DNA from: a virus
Lineage: Duplodnaviria > Caudoviricetes
Strand: one strand, 5' to 3'
Length of the DNA: 39,186 nt
Virus record (IMG/VR): IMGVR_UViG_3300008110_000512
Coordinates: 1-39,186 of that record
The notes beneath the pieces are model-generated. The model saw only the letters and a list, made by a program, of their open reading frames with translations, had not been told where the DNA came from and did not search any database. The translations under genes and the position numbers were made by a program. Position 1 is the stretch's first letter. The number at the start of each line of letters is the position of its first letter. Positions 16,151 to 25,200 of this stretch are shown here, one piece after another.

Positions 16151-16178
16151 ACAGCACACTCAGCAAAGGAATACCGCA

Positions 16179-17183
16179 ATGGCTCACGAGATCCGCAGCA
16201 ACGACACCGTTCTCCTCGCTCGCACTCAGGCTTGGCACGGCCTCGGCGTCGTGCTCCCCGACCAGTTCTCCCCCGCTGACGCCCTCCGCATCGGCGGGCT
16301 CGACTGGACCGTCGAGGAGAGCACGTCGCTCACCGCTACGTTCGTCGAGGCGGACGGGCAGGCCACCCGCAACATCGTGGACACCCACAAGACGCTCCGC
16401 CGCAGCGACGACAAGTCGGTCCTCGGCACCGTCGGCGCAGGCTACGGCATCGTGCAGAACAGCACGCTCGCCGACATCGCCGCCACGTTCAACACGGCGG
16501 GCAACGTCCGCTGCGAGACCGCGGGTAGCCTGTTCGGTGGCCGCAAGGTGTGGTTCCTGCTCGACGGGTCGACCGTCGACGTCGGCGGCAAGGGCGACAT
16601 CGTCAACCGCTACCTGATGCTGCACAACGCCCACGACGGCACGGCTTCGCTCGGTGCCGACATCGTGACGACCCGCGTCGTCTGCAACAACACCTACACT
16701 GGCGCTCTCGCCGAGAGCAAGCGCAAGGGGTCCGCGTTCTTCCGCTTCCGCCACACCAGTGGCATCTCGTTGCGCATCGACGACGCCAAGGCGGCTCTGG
16801 CGGGCTACGCCGCTCAGGCTCAGGCCGACGACGCCGCGATGCAGGCGCTCGCCGCCAAGCCGCTCAACCGCGCCGAGATCCAGAGCCTGTGGACGGACGT
16901 TCTCGTCGCCCTTGACGGCCCGATCGCGGCCAACCCCCGCAACGAGAGCGAGCAGCGCCGCCGTGAGAAGGCCATCGGCGAACTCGCCGCGATGAGCCGC
17001 GTGTTCGACGCTGAGGCCCGCCAGTACGGTGCGTCGGCTTGGGTCGCGGCCAACGCCGCCACCAACATCATCGAGCACCAGCGGGGCCGCATCCGCGGCG
17101 ACGCCCGCACCGCTGCCAACCTGTTCGGTGCCTACGCCGACGCCAAGCGCACCGCTATGACCAAGGCGCTCGCACTCATCTGA
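16179..17183 (+). CDS. DUF932 / TIGR03299-like phage-plasmid protein
   Basis: AWHGLG, LDWTV, VQN, ETAGSLFGGRKVW, NAHDG and TRVVCNNT motifs. Confidence 0.85.
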   Translation: MAHEIRSNDTVLLARTQAWHGLGVVLPDQFSPADALRIGGLDWTVEESTSLTATFVEADGQATRNIVDTHKTLRRSDDKSVLGTVGAGYGIVQNSTLADIAATFNTAGNVRCETAGSLFGGRKVWFLLDGSTVDVGGKGDIVNRYLMLHNAHDGTASLGADIVTTRVVCNNTYTGALAESKRKGSAFFRFRHTSGISLRIDDAKAALAGYAAQAQADDAAMQALAAKPLNRAEIQSLWTDVLVALDGPIAANPRNESEQRRREKAIGELAAMSRVFDAEARQYGASAWVAANAATNIIEHQRGRIRGDARTAANLFGAYADAKRTAMTKALALI

Positions 17184-17190
17184 CTCCGAC

Positions 17191-17233
17191 CGTCGGGGGG
17201 AGGGCATCCGCGTGGGTGCCCTCCCTTTCGACG
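17191..17233 (+). terminator. Long hairpin closing the early region (terminator or processing site)
   Basis: CGTCGGGGGGAGGGCATCC-GCGT-GGGTGCCCTCCCTTTCGACG; about 19 bp including G-U pairs. Confidence 0.55.
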
Positions 17234-17254
17234 ACAACCCACAGAAAGCAACGC

Positions 17255-17494
17255 ATGCCCAACATCACCCCCACATCGCGCTGTACGTCCATCTCAGTCG
17301 GGCGCAGCACCAAGGACCGACTCGACGCCATCGCCCTCGCAGGCAGGCGCTCCCGCACCGCAACGATCGACCTGCTCATGGATGCGTACCTGAGCGCGAA
17401 CCCGACGCTCGCGGGCATCGTGCAGGACGTGCTCGACCAGAGGCGTCTCACGAAACTCGTGCAGCAGCAGCAGCAGCAGACCGTCACCGCCTGA
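17255..17494 (+). CDS. Ribbon-helix-helix (Arc/CopG-like) regulator
   Basis: TSISVGRSTKDRLDAIALAGRRSRTATIDLLMDAYL; poly-Q tail. Confidence 0.7.
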   Translation: MPNITPTSRCTSISVGRSTKDRLDAIALAGRRSRTATIDLLMDAYLSANPTLAGIVQDVLDQRRLTKLVQQQQQQTVTA

Positions 17495-17499
17495 GCCCG

Positions 17500-17537
17500 A
17501 AAAAAAACGACGCCGAGCGGGTCGCGCTCAGCGTCGT
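17500..17537 (-). terminator. Rho-independent terminator on the antisense strand
   Basis: Minus strand stem ACGACGCTGAGCG/CGCTCGGCGTCGT followed by a T8 run (A8 at 17500-17507). Confidence 0.65.
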
Positions 17538-17568
17538 CGAGGAATACAGCGACCACAGGATAGCACAC

Positions 17569-18390
17569 ATGGACAACGGAATCCACCACATCACCGACCG
17601 CGAGTATTTCTCACTGGACATGCCATCGTCTAGCGGCACCAAGCCGTTGCTCACAGGCACCAATGCGCACCTCGCACACCAGCGCTCACAGCCACAGGAG
17701 GAGAGCGAGGCGTTCACGATCGGCGCGTACGTTCACGCTTTGTGCCTGAGCCCTGAGATCATCGGCACGGACTTCGTCCGCGTCGGCAAGATCGACCGCC
17801 GCACGACCGAAGGCAAGGCCAAGTACGCCGACATGCTTGCCCGCGCCGAGCGCACTGGTGCCCGCCTCATCACCGACGAGCAGGCGACTCTCGCTCAGGC
17901 TATGGCCGACGCCGTGCAGGCGCACCCCGCGTGGATCAACCTACAGCGCGTCGTGACGCAGCGCGAGGTAGTCGCGATCGGCACCGTCGGCGGGGTGCAG
18001 GCCAAGGCGAAGATCGACGCCGCCGACGCCGCGTTCACTATCATCGTCGACCTGAAGACGACGCAGTCGGCGGGGTTAGCCGACTTCGCCCGCAGTGCCG
18101 CCAATTTCGGGTACGCCCATCAGGCGGCGTGGTACCGCGCCGTGCTCGAATCGCTCGGGCACACCGTGCAGGACGTGGTGTTTGTCTGCGTGGAGAAGCC
18201 GCATCTCGTCGCCGCGTATCGCCTGAGTGATGCGGCCATCGAAGTCGCCGCGCGCCGCCTGCCCGATCTGGTGCGCCGTTGGTGCGCCGTCCGCGACGGC
18301 GACCGCAGCGGCTACCCCGAAACCATCCAAGATATCGACCTGCCCGCGTGGGCATACAGCACCGCAGAGAGGAACCAGACCAATGAGTGA
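17569..18390 (+). CDS. RecE/ExoVIII-like PD-(D/E)XK exonuclease
   Basis: [13 protein letters not shown]...IVDLKTT and [10 protein letters not shown] motifs; adjacent to Bet. Confidence 0.85.
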   Translation: MDNGIHHITDREYFSLDMPSSSGTKPLLTGTNAHLAHQRSQPQEESEAFTIGAYVHALCLSPEIIGTDFVRVGKIDRRTTEGKAKYADMLARAERTGARLITDEQATLAQAMADAVQAHPAWINLQRVVTQREVVAIGTVGGVQAKAKIDAADAAFTIIVDLKTTQSAGLADFARSAANFGYAHQAAWYRAVLESLGHTVQDVVFVCVEKPHLVAAYRLSDAAIEVAARRLPDLVRRWCAVRDGDRSGYPETIQDIDLPAWAYSTAERNQTNE

Positions 18391-19348
18391 GACTACAGCG
18401 CTCGCCAAGCCAAGGCTTGGCACAGACCAGATGGATTTGATCTCCCGCACCATCGCTAAGGGCTGCACGCCCGACGAACTGCGCCTGTTCGCGCAGATCT
18501 GCGAACGGACGGGCCTCGACCCGTTCGCCCGCCAGATCTACGCCGTCAAGCGGTGGGACCGCAAGGAAGGGCGCGAGATCATGCAGACGCAGGTGTCCAT
18601 CGACGGCGCTCGCCTCGTGGCGCAGCGCTCGGGCAAGTACGCGGGGCAGGACGGCCCGTACTACTGCGGCGAGGATGGCGTCTGGAAGGACGTCTGGCTG
18701 TCGGCCAAGCCGCCCGCCGCGGCCCGTGTCGGCGTGTTCCACCGCGACTTCGCACAGCCGCTCTACGCGGTCGCCCTCTGGTCCGAATACTGCCAGACCA
18801 ACAAGGACGGCGGTCCGTCGCAGATGTGGGGCAAGTTCCCCACGGTCATGCTCGCTAAGTGTGCGGAAATGCTCGCGCTCCGCAAGGCGTTCCCCGCCGA
18901 ACTGAGCGGCCTGTACACGGCGGAGGAGATGTCGCAGGCGGACAGTGAGCCCGCGCCGAAGCCCGCTGCTCGGCCCGTGTCGCCCGCCACCCGATCGCTC
19001 AACGAGCGCCTGAAGCCCGCGGAGGTGGCGGCGCTCACGGACCCTACGCCCGTGGCGCAGCGGCCAGAGCCTACCGCTGCCGTGGCGCAGGAACCCGCAT
19101 CGTCGACTGCTCCGCCTGATGAGGGCATGCACGAGTGCCTCATCGACAACATCGAGGAGCACAAGGCGCGGTCGGGCGCGTCCGTCTGGAAGGTCACGGA
19201 CACCGACGGCAACATCTACGCCTGCAATGAGCAACTGCTCATCGCCGACATGGCTGAGGCGCGGAACGACGGACGCAACGTGATGCTCGACGTGCAGAAG
19301 CGCGGCGCTCGGCACGTCATCCTCGGGGTACAGGCGGTGGCCCAATGA
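18383..19348 (+). CDS. bet: Single-strand annealing recombinase Bet (Red-beta/RecT family)
   Basis: [25 protein letters not shown] and [26 protein letters not shown] motifs. Confidence 0.9.
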   Translation: MSETTALAKPRLGTDQMDLISRTIAKGCTPDELRLFAQICERTGLDPFARQIYAVKRWDRKEGREIMQTQVSIDGARLVAQRSGKYAGQDGPYYCGEDGVWKDVWLSAKPPAAARVGVFHRDFAQPLYAVALWSEYCQTNKDGGPSQMWGKFPTVMLAKCAEMLALRKAFPAELSGLYTAEEMSQADSEPAPKPAARPVSPATRSLNERLKPAEVAALTDPTPVAQRPEPTAAVAQEPASSTAPPDEGMHECLIDNIEEHKARSGASVWKVTDTDGNIYACNEQLLIADMAEARNDGRNVMLDVQKRGARHVILGVQAVAQ

Positions 19349-19749
19349 GAGCCACCGCCAACCTCGCGACTCGCACGGACACCAGCGACGCGGCCTACGC
19401 CGCCGCCCCTTCGGGGGCGGCGGCTCGCGTCCTCGAAGCCATCCGAAACAAGCCGCGCACGGTCGATGAACTGATGCGCGACCTGCACATGTCGCACAGC
19501 ACCTGCTCGGCATCGGCCAACAAACTGATGCGCGACGGGTGGATCGTCGACAACGGGATCCGCTCCGTGACGCGAACGGGGCGCTCGGCCATCGTGTGGG
19601 AGGCGGCGGTCACGCCGCGCCCGCTCCGCAGAATCGCGCCGACACGTCGGCAACTCATCGACCGAATCAACTCCGCGATATACGCGCTCGACCGATGCCT
19701 CGACCGCGCCACGATCCGCGACATCCTGAGAGGTGAAGCCGATGTCTGA
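19345..19749 (+). CDS. Winged HTH DNA-binding protein
   Basis: [45 protein letters not shown]. Confidence 0.7.
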   Translation: MRATANLATRTDTSDAAYAAAPSGAAARVLEAIRNKPRTVDELMRDLHMSHSTCSASANKLMRDGWIVDNGIRSVTRTGRSAIVWEAAVTPRPLRRIAPTRRQLIDRINSAIYALDRCLDRATIRDILRGEADV

Positions 19750-19873
19750 CACCCCCATCGCATGGCTCGCGTTCTGCGGGTTTGCCGCGTTCATTTTGTT
19801 CTCAATTGGATATCTCGTCGGCGCATGGAACACCCTGCGCGAAATCAATCAGGAGGTCGACCGTGAAGACTGA
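19742..19873 (+). CDS. Small membrane protein (43 aa)
   Basis: [29 protein letters not shown]...; RBS GAGGTG; overlaps both neighbours. Confidence 0.55.
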   Translation: MSDTPIAWLAFCGFAAFILFSIGYLVGAWNTLREINQEVDRED

Positions 19874-20171
19874 GGGAAACAACACCACTGGAGAGATCCA
19901 CATCGTCCTCGACACGACCGATGTCGGTGATTCCGCTACGGGAATCACCAACGATCTCAAGGTCTGGCTCGGCGGCAACAGCATGGGCGAGGACAACGAG
20001 CCGACCGTCTGGCTTGTCGTCAACGACTCCCGTGACCGCCATCAGCGCACGACCGACGGCATGACCGACTGCATGTTCTCCGTTTCGACCAAGCGGCTGC
20101 GCCACATCTGCGACATGATTGACGCGATGCACAAGGTCGGAAACGACCAATGGGAGGCGTCCGATGAGTGA
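19863..20171 (+). CDS. Hypothetical protein (102 aa)
   Basis: GTG start after AGGAGG. Confidence 0.6.
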   Translation: MKTEGNNTTGEIHIVLDTTDVGDSATGITNDLKVWLGGNSMGEDNEPTVWLVVNDSRDRHQRTTDGMTDCMFSVSTKRLRHICDMIDAMHKVGNDQWEASDE

Positions 20172-20355
20172 TGACATCGTGGCGCGGCTGCGCGCTGTGC
20201 TTCACAACGACCGCAGCGTGGAACTGATGAACCGAGAAGCCGCCGACGAGATCGAACGGCTGCGTGCAGGTGGCTGCGCCCGCGGACAGACGACGACGCA
20301 GTTCTGCGCGGAGGCCGAGCGGCTGCTACAAGAGCGAGAAAGGGAGGTCCGATGA
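20164..20355 (+). CDS. Small phage protein (DIVARLR...EAADEIERLR)
   Basis: Recurrent phage motif; RBS GGAGG. Confidence 0.65.
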   Translation: MSDDIVARLRAVLHNDRSVELMNREAADEIERLRAGGCARGQTTTQFCAEAERLLQEREREVR

Positions 20356-20765
20356 ACGACAAGCGAGCATGGGTATTCGAGCGGTGCGACCGCGTGGCGC
20401 TCTGGGAGGGCTTGGACGACGCCCTCGTGGGACTGGTCACGCGCTGCGGTCAGGAGGATCCGATCGCCGTGTACGAGCGCAACGCGATCATCCGACTGCT
20501 GAGCAAGGACATGCCATTCGACGACGCCGTCGAGTGGATCGACGTGAACATCAACGGCGCATACATCGGCGAGCACACTCCGTTCCTGCTCGAAGTAGCG
20601 CCGCGGGTCAAGCGCCGACGGCCAGAGAAGAAGTTCGTGGTCGTCGAGGCTTCGCAGGAGGTGCAGCGCCTGCGCGCCGCCTTGCAGCAGATCGCCGAGA
20701 ACAAGGACGAGCCGTACGCCCGCGACTTCGCGGCGGACATCCTCGCCAGACGGGAGACTCCATGA
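20352..20765 (+). CDS. Conserved phage hypothetical protein
   Basis: GLDDALVG...AVY...AVEWIDVNINGAYIGEHTP motif; ATGA-coupled. Confidence 0.7.
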   Translation: MNDKRAWVFERCDRVALWEGLDDALVGLVTRCGQEDPIAVYERNAIIRLLSKDMPFDDAVEWIDVNINGAYIGEHTPFLLEVAPRVKRRRPEKKFVVVEASQEVQRLRAALQQIAENKDEPYARDFAADILARRETP

Positions 20766-21022
20766 CGCTCGACGAACTGGCGGGCATCGCCGACGCACTG
20801 GTGCCTGAGGTGGATGCCCGCACGCGGCTCAACGCGCACAGGTTCGCAGTGCAGTGCGGCATCCTGTACGAGATGCCACCGAATCGACCGAGCCTGCCTG
20901 AGATCGGGATGGCGCTCGGATGCGGCCATCCGCGCGTCTACTACGGGCTCCAGCGCTGGCGCGAACTGCCGTGGCGGGAGCGCCACGGGTGGCTGATGCT
21001 GGCTGAGGGGAGGGCGCGGTGA
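20762..21022 (+). CDS. DnaA domain IV-like HTH protein
   Basis: SLPEIGMALGCGHPRVYYGL resembles the DnaA C-terminal SLPEIG...DHTTV helix-turn-helix. Confidence 0.55.
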   Translation: MTLDELAGIADALVPEVDARTRLNAHRFAVQCGILYEMPPNRPSLPEIGMALGCGHPRVYYGLQRWRELPWRERHGWLMLAEGRAR

Positions 21023-21588
21023 AGCGACTCCCTTGGATGCCGCTGTACTGCGACGATCTGATCGGGAGCACCGCGGACATGAGCGCTGAGGAGTTCGGCG
21101 CTTACGTCCGCCTGCTGTGCCACATCTGGACGCGCGGGCCAGTGGAGATGGACGACGCCGTGTGCTGCCGCATCGCAGGCGTGAAACTCAAGGTGTGGCG
21201 TCGGATCCGCGGCAGGTTCGACACCTGCAAGCGCGACGACGGAAGTATCGGACTGTCGCACCCTCGTCTGGAACGAGAGAAAATGCACCGCATTTCCCAC
21301 TCGCAGGAACGAGCGTCTTCTGGGCGAAAAGGTGCCCTCACGCGCTGGAAACGCGGTTCTGCGGATGGCTCAGCCATTGGCTCAGCCTATGGCAAACCGA
21401 TGGCATGCCACAACCAGAGAATAGATACTAAGTCCACCGTGGTTCCAACGACAGGCGCGCGCGAGGCTGCGCCAGCGCCCGAAGGGGCTGGCTTGCCGCG
21501 GGTCAGTCTGGGGCTTGCCGAAGAGGCGGACGATGCGACCGCACGCAACCGCGCCTTCCTCGCGCAGTACCGCAGGCGGAACCCGTGA
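21019..21588 (+). CDS. DUF1376/YdaU-like replication initiator
   Basis: PWMPLYCDDLIGSTADMSAEEFGAYVRLLCHIW...HPRLERE...RASSGRKGALTRW. Confidence 0.8.
   Translation: MKRLPWMPLYCDDLIGSTADMSAEEFGAYVRLLCHIWTRGPVEMDDAVCCRIAGVKLKVWRRIRGRFDTCKRDDGSIGLSHPRLEREKMHRISHSQERASSGRKGALTRWKRGSADGSAIGSAYGKPMACHNQRIDTKSTVVPTTGAREAAPAPEGAGLPRVSLGLAEEADDATARNRAFLAQYRRRNP
21365..21433. promoter_or_regulatory. Putative replication origin (iterons plus A-rich stretch)
   Basis: ATGGCTCAGCCA / TTGGCTCAGCCT / ATGGCAAACCG / ATGGCATGCCA followed by CAACCAGAGAATAGATACTAAGT, inside the initiator gene. Confidence 0.55.
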
Positions 21589-22037
21589 ACGCCGTGCTCC
21601 TCCGCTGGCCGTCGCCCGTGCTGTCGCCGAACGCGCGGGCGCACTACATGACCAAGCACCGAGCGACTCGGTCGTACCGCCAGACGACGTGCATTATGGG
21701 GCGCGGTCAGAAACGGCTCCAGAATCCCGCCTGCGCCATTCTTCCTCTGGTGGCTACCCGAAGGCGTCGCGACCTCGACAACGTCCTAGCGAGCCTAAAA
21801 AGCGCCTTGGACGGGCTCACGGATGCAGGATGGTGGGACGACGACCACAAGATCGCTGGATACCATCTCGTTCCAGAGATCCATTGTAAGGAACTGGCGG
21901 AAAATAGAATCGTGATCCTCGCCGTCGAGGTCGAGGACATGCCCGCCATGACCGAAGCCGTGACGATGTTCCGCTCGGCCTGCTTGGCGGGAAACGCGGC
22001 CAACGCCGCGCGCGACCTGCTCGGCGTTATGCTCTAG
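21585..22037 (+). CDS. rusA: RusA-like Holliday junction resolvase
   Basis: PSPVLSPN, RRRRDLDNVLASLKSALDGL and DDD motifs. Confidence 0.75.
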   Translation: MNAVLLRWPSPVLSPNARAHYMTKHRATRSYRQTTCIMGRGQKRLQNPACAILPLVATRRRRDLDNVLASLKSALDGLTDAGWWDDDHKIAGYHLVPEIHCKELAENRIVILAVEVEDMPAMTEAVTMFRSACLAGNAANAARDLLGVML

Positions 22038-22050
22038 GCGCGCGATCTCT

Positions 22051-22190
22051 GGTCACGACAAGGCCCACGCATGGTGCGTGGGCCTTGTCGCTTCTGATCC
22101 CTAAGCATTTCTACGTTGCTGCGGATCGTGTCCCCCTGAAACGCCACCGCCCCGATTGCTCAGGGCGGCGCGCTGGGGGAAAAGATGACC
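22051..22190 (-). ncRNA. Candidate structured ncRNA or structured 3' UTR
   Basis: Three consecutive hairpins, one with a GCAA tetraloop; upstream TTGACT-16-TAGAGT on the minus strand. Confidence 0.3.
22056..22090. terminator. 16-bp perfect hairpin between the convergent operons
   Basis: CGACAAGGCCCACGCA-TGG-TGCGTGGGCCTTGTCG. Confidence 0.65.
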
Positions 22191-22202
22191 CCACTCTACA
22201 CA

Positions 22203-25200
22203 TCACTGCGGCGAAGTCAAGTTGCGTCGCTCATTTCTTCGGCGAATCACGTCGCGCATCAACTGCATGCGCATCTCTCGCAACTGCTCCTTCTCCTCTG
22301 GCGTCTGCGCGGACCTGATCGCATCGCGCAGGTTGCGCATCGCGCGATCGGTCGCGCGGATCTGCGTGCCTTCCTCCGCCACGTCGAGGTCGAGTTTGCC
22401 GAGATTGCGCTGTGCCGCGTCAGGAGAACGCATCGCCTGCAAGCGCGCCTGCTCCACGCCTGCCTCGCCCTTGATCTTGTTGTACTCGGAGACGACGAAC
22501 TTGTCGTTCTCCGCGCTGGTGCCCATGAAGTCGCGCCTGATCGGGAAATCCCCGCTTTCCATCTCGCCAGTGGAGATGCCGTGCAGGCGCTGGAGCGTGC
22601 GTCCGAATCCACTGAACATGAAGCCGACCATGTACTCCAGCGTGTCGGGATGAATGTCCATCGCCGATAGCGCTGGCGGGTCGATCTCGTTCGCTCCGCC
22701 CATCTCCGCGAGACCCTCCGCCAACTGGCGGTAGATCTCTGGCGTGTTCTCGAACGCCTTGAATGCCTGCGTGGTCTCGGGGCCAAACGGCTGCTCGGGA
22801 TGGATCGCCCGTCCAGCGAAGTCGCTGTTGAATGCGAGTTCGGGGAACCAACGCATCAGCGTCGGGAACGCGAACGACACCATGTTCTCCATGCCCTTGG
22901 TCACGCCGCTGCCGCCGAAGGCGTTCAGGTAGTTCAGGCTGTTGTCCACGAAGTTCGCGACCACGTCGCCTGCCGTGGTTCGATTGCCGAACACGGCGTC
23001 AGCGATGTCGCTGCCGAGCGTGGTGAACACGTTGAACCCGTACGCCTGCGGGCTGCGGACGTAGTTTCCGTTCTGCCGTGGATCGTACAGGTACAGGTAC
23101 GCCGCCTTGTCGTACGGCGACTCCATGTCCCATCGGTTCATGCCCGTCTCTTCGTCGTCGCCCGCGTTCAAGCGCGCGATGAGCGACTGCATGAATCCGA
23201 TGGCGACCAGAGTGGGGGCCAGTTCCTTGGCGGCACCGAGCGCCTTGAGCGTGTTCGTGCTGCCTTGGATGCTGGCATTCATGTAGAGGTGCGTGCGGTT
23301 CAGCACGCGCATCCACGCGCCCTTCTTGCCGAAGTCGACGGTGACGTCGCGAGCGCTCAGCGCCGCCTGTTCGTCGGTCATCGGTCCACCGCGCGCGAAC
23401 CTGCTCACGCGCTGGTTGAAGTGAGCCAAACGGGTCGCCGTCTCCGCCGCCTTGAACAGCGAGGGATACCAACCGACCGCGTAGCGGATCATGCTGGTCG
23501 CGTCTGGGTTGCGGTTGCGCACGCTGCGCTCGATGGCCTCGAACTGCTCGACCTTCTCGGTCAGGTCATTGCCACGGGCGAACGACATGTCTCCGCCTGC
23601 GTCGACGAACCGCTCATACGAACCAGTCGGGCCAGTGCCGCGCCACTCGTCGACCAGAATGCGGAAGAACGACGGCACCCAACGAACCGTCTGCGCCGTC
23701 GTGTCCAGAATCCCGTTGCGGGCGTAGTTCTGCAACGTGCCCGTGTAGAGGTCGCGGATCAGGTTCTTCGTGGCGAACGCTGGCGCGAGCAATCCAGTCG
23801 TCATGCTGCGGAACAGGTTGTTCGGCGCATTGAACACGTCCATCAGGCCAGTCAGATCCTGAGCCGCGATCATGCCGTCTGCCAGACGGCGGTTGTTGAT
23901 CTGGATGACCACGAGATCGCCCTGACGGTACTGCTCCCCGTCGATCATCATGTCGGCGTCGAGGAACAAGCCGAAGTTGCGCTTGCCCGCCTCGCCACTC
24001 ATCCAGTCGTAGTCGAACACGGGGCGCACTTCGCCATCGACGTTCACGCGACGGCTCGGTCTGATGACCTGAGCCATGCCGACGTCGTTCGTCGCGAGGA
24101 CCAGACGAAGGAAACGGTTCGCCACCCTGTTGCGCTCGACGCGGCGCACCGTGTCCTCGGCCACGAATCCGACCTGCGACGTGACCGCCTCGGCCCGCGA
24201 CTGACGTCCGAGCGCACGCGGCATGCCGCGCCCCTGCGTGGACAGGCCGCGACCGAATGCAGTCTGACCCTCGAAGTCCTCATCGAACGGCTCCGCGGGG
24301 CGACCGCGCAGCGGGACGTAGTGCTGGTAGGTGCTGGTCAGGCGGTCGTAGGTCGCCTGCGTAATGATCCCTGACACCAGACGGTCGAGGAGACCGTCGC
24401 GCAGGATCTCGCGCCACTCGGTGGCGTAGGCGTCCATGATGCCGAACGTTCCACCCGCCCTGTGGTTGGCGAGCAACAGGTCCGCGTCGGCGTTGGTCAT
24501 TCCAGAGCCCCCGTCGGGCATCGCGGGGTTGATGCTGGCGATGTAGGCGTTCCGCTCGCGCGCGTGCTGCGCCGTGAGGAACTGGTCCATCATGCCAGTG
24601 TCGATGCCCTGCTGGTTCATGCGGTAGATCAGCGAGCCGTAACGTCGTTCCAGACGGCCAACCTGAGCGCCGATGCGGGCGCTCATCACGCGCGATCCCT
24701 GATACGGGTTCAGCGCGTCGGGCATGTTGCCAGAACGGCGTCGGCGGTCCTGCTCCGTGTAGCGGCGCAGTTCGATCCGTTCGTCCGTGAACCGCTGGCG
24801 GATGGCGTCCGTCAAGCCGACCAATCCGCGGCGCATGCTGAACATCGGGTACAACTGGCCCGACTTCGCCGCCTCGATCAGCCTGTCGGACAGGATGACC
24901 TGCATGCGCGGCATGTCGCCGTACGGTCGGATGGGCTCGACGGGTTGGCTTTGCCCTTCTTCTGGCTTCCTCGGGATCTGGTAGGTTTCATACACGACTG
25001 GTGCGTCGAAGTCGCTGAAGAAGGACTCGGCGTACGAACGCAGCATGCCCTTCTCGTTCGCCTTCTTGGCGGCGATCGCCGCCTTGCGCCGTTCGATCGC
25101 AGGATCAAGTCGGGCTTTCTTCTTCGCAGTGCCGACTGTCTTCAGATACTCCATCGTCTCGACGACGTCCCAACCGTACAGGGAAGCCGCCTTGTCCGCG

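Noticed and set aside
11700-16180. Repeats read as a CRISPR array
   Set aside because: Spacing is about 0.85-1.4 kb with whole genes in between, the repeats are promoters, and no cas genes are present.
17462-17479. CAG repeats (also near 30118-30135)
   Set aside because: Short in-frame poly-Gln linkers with no frame-switching potential.
22051-22190. tRNA
   Set aside because: No T-loop (GTTCRA) or D-loop consensus, and the arm lengths do not fit a cloverleaf.
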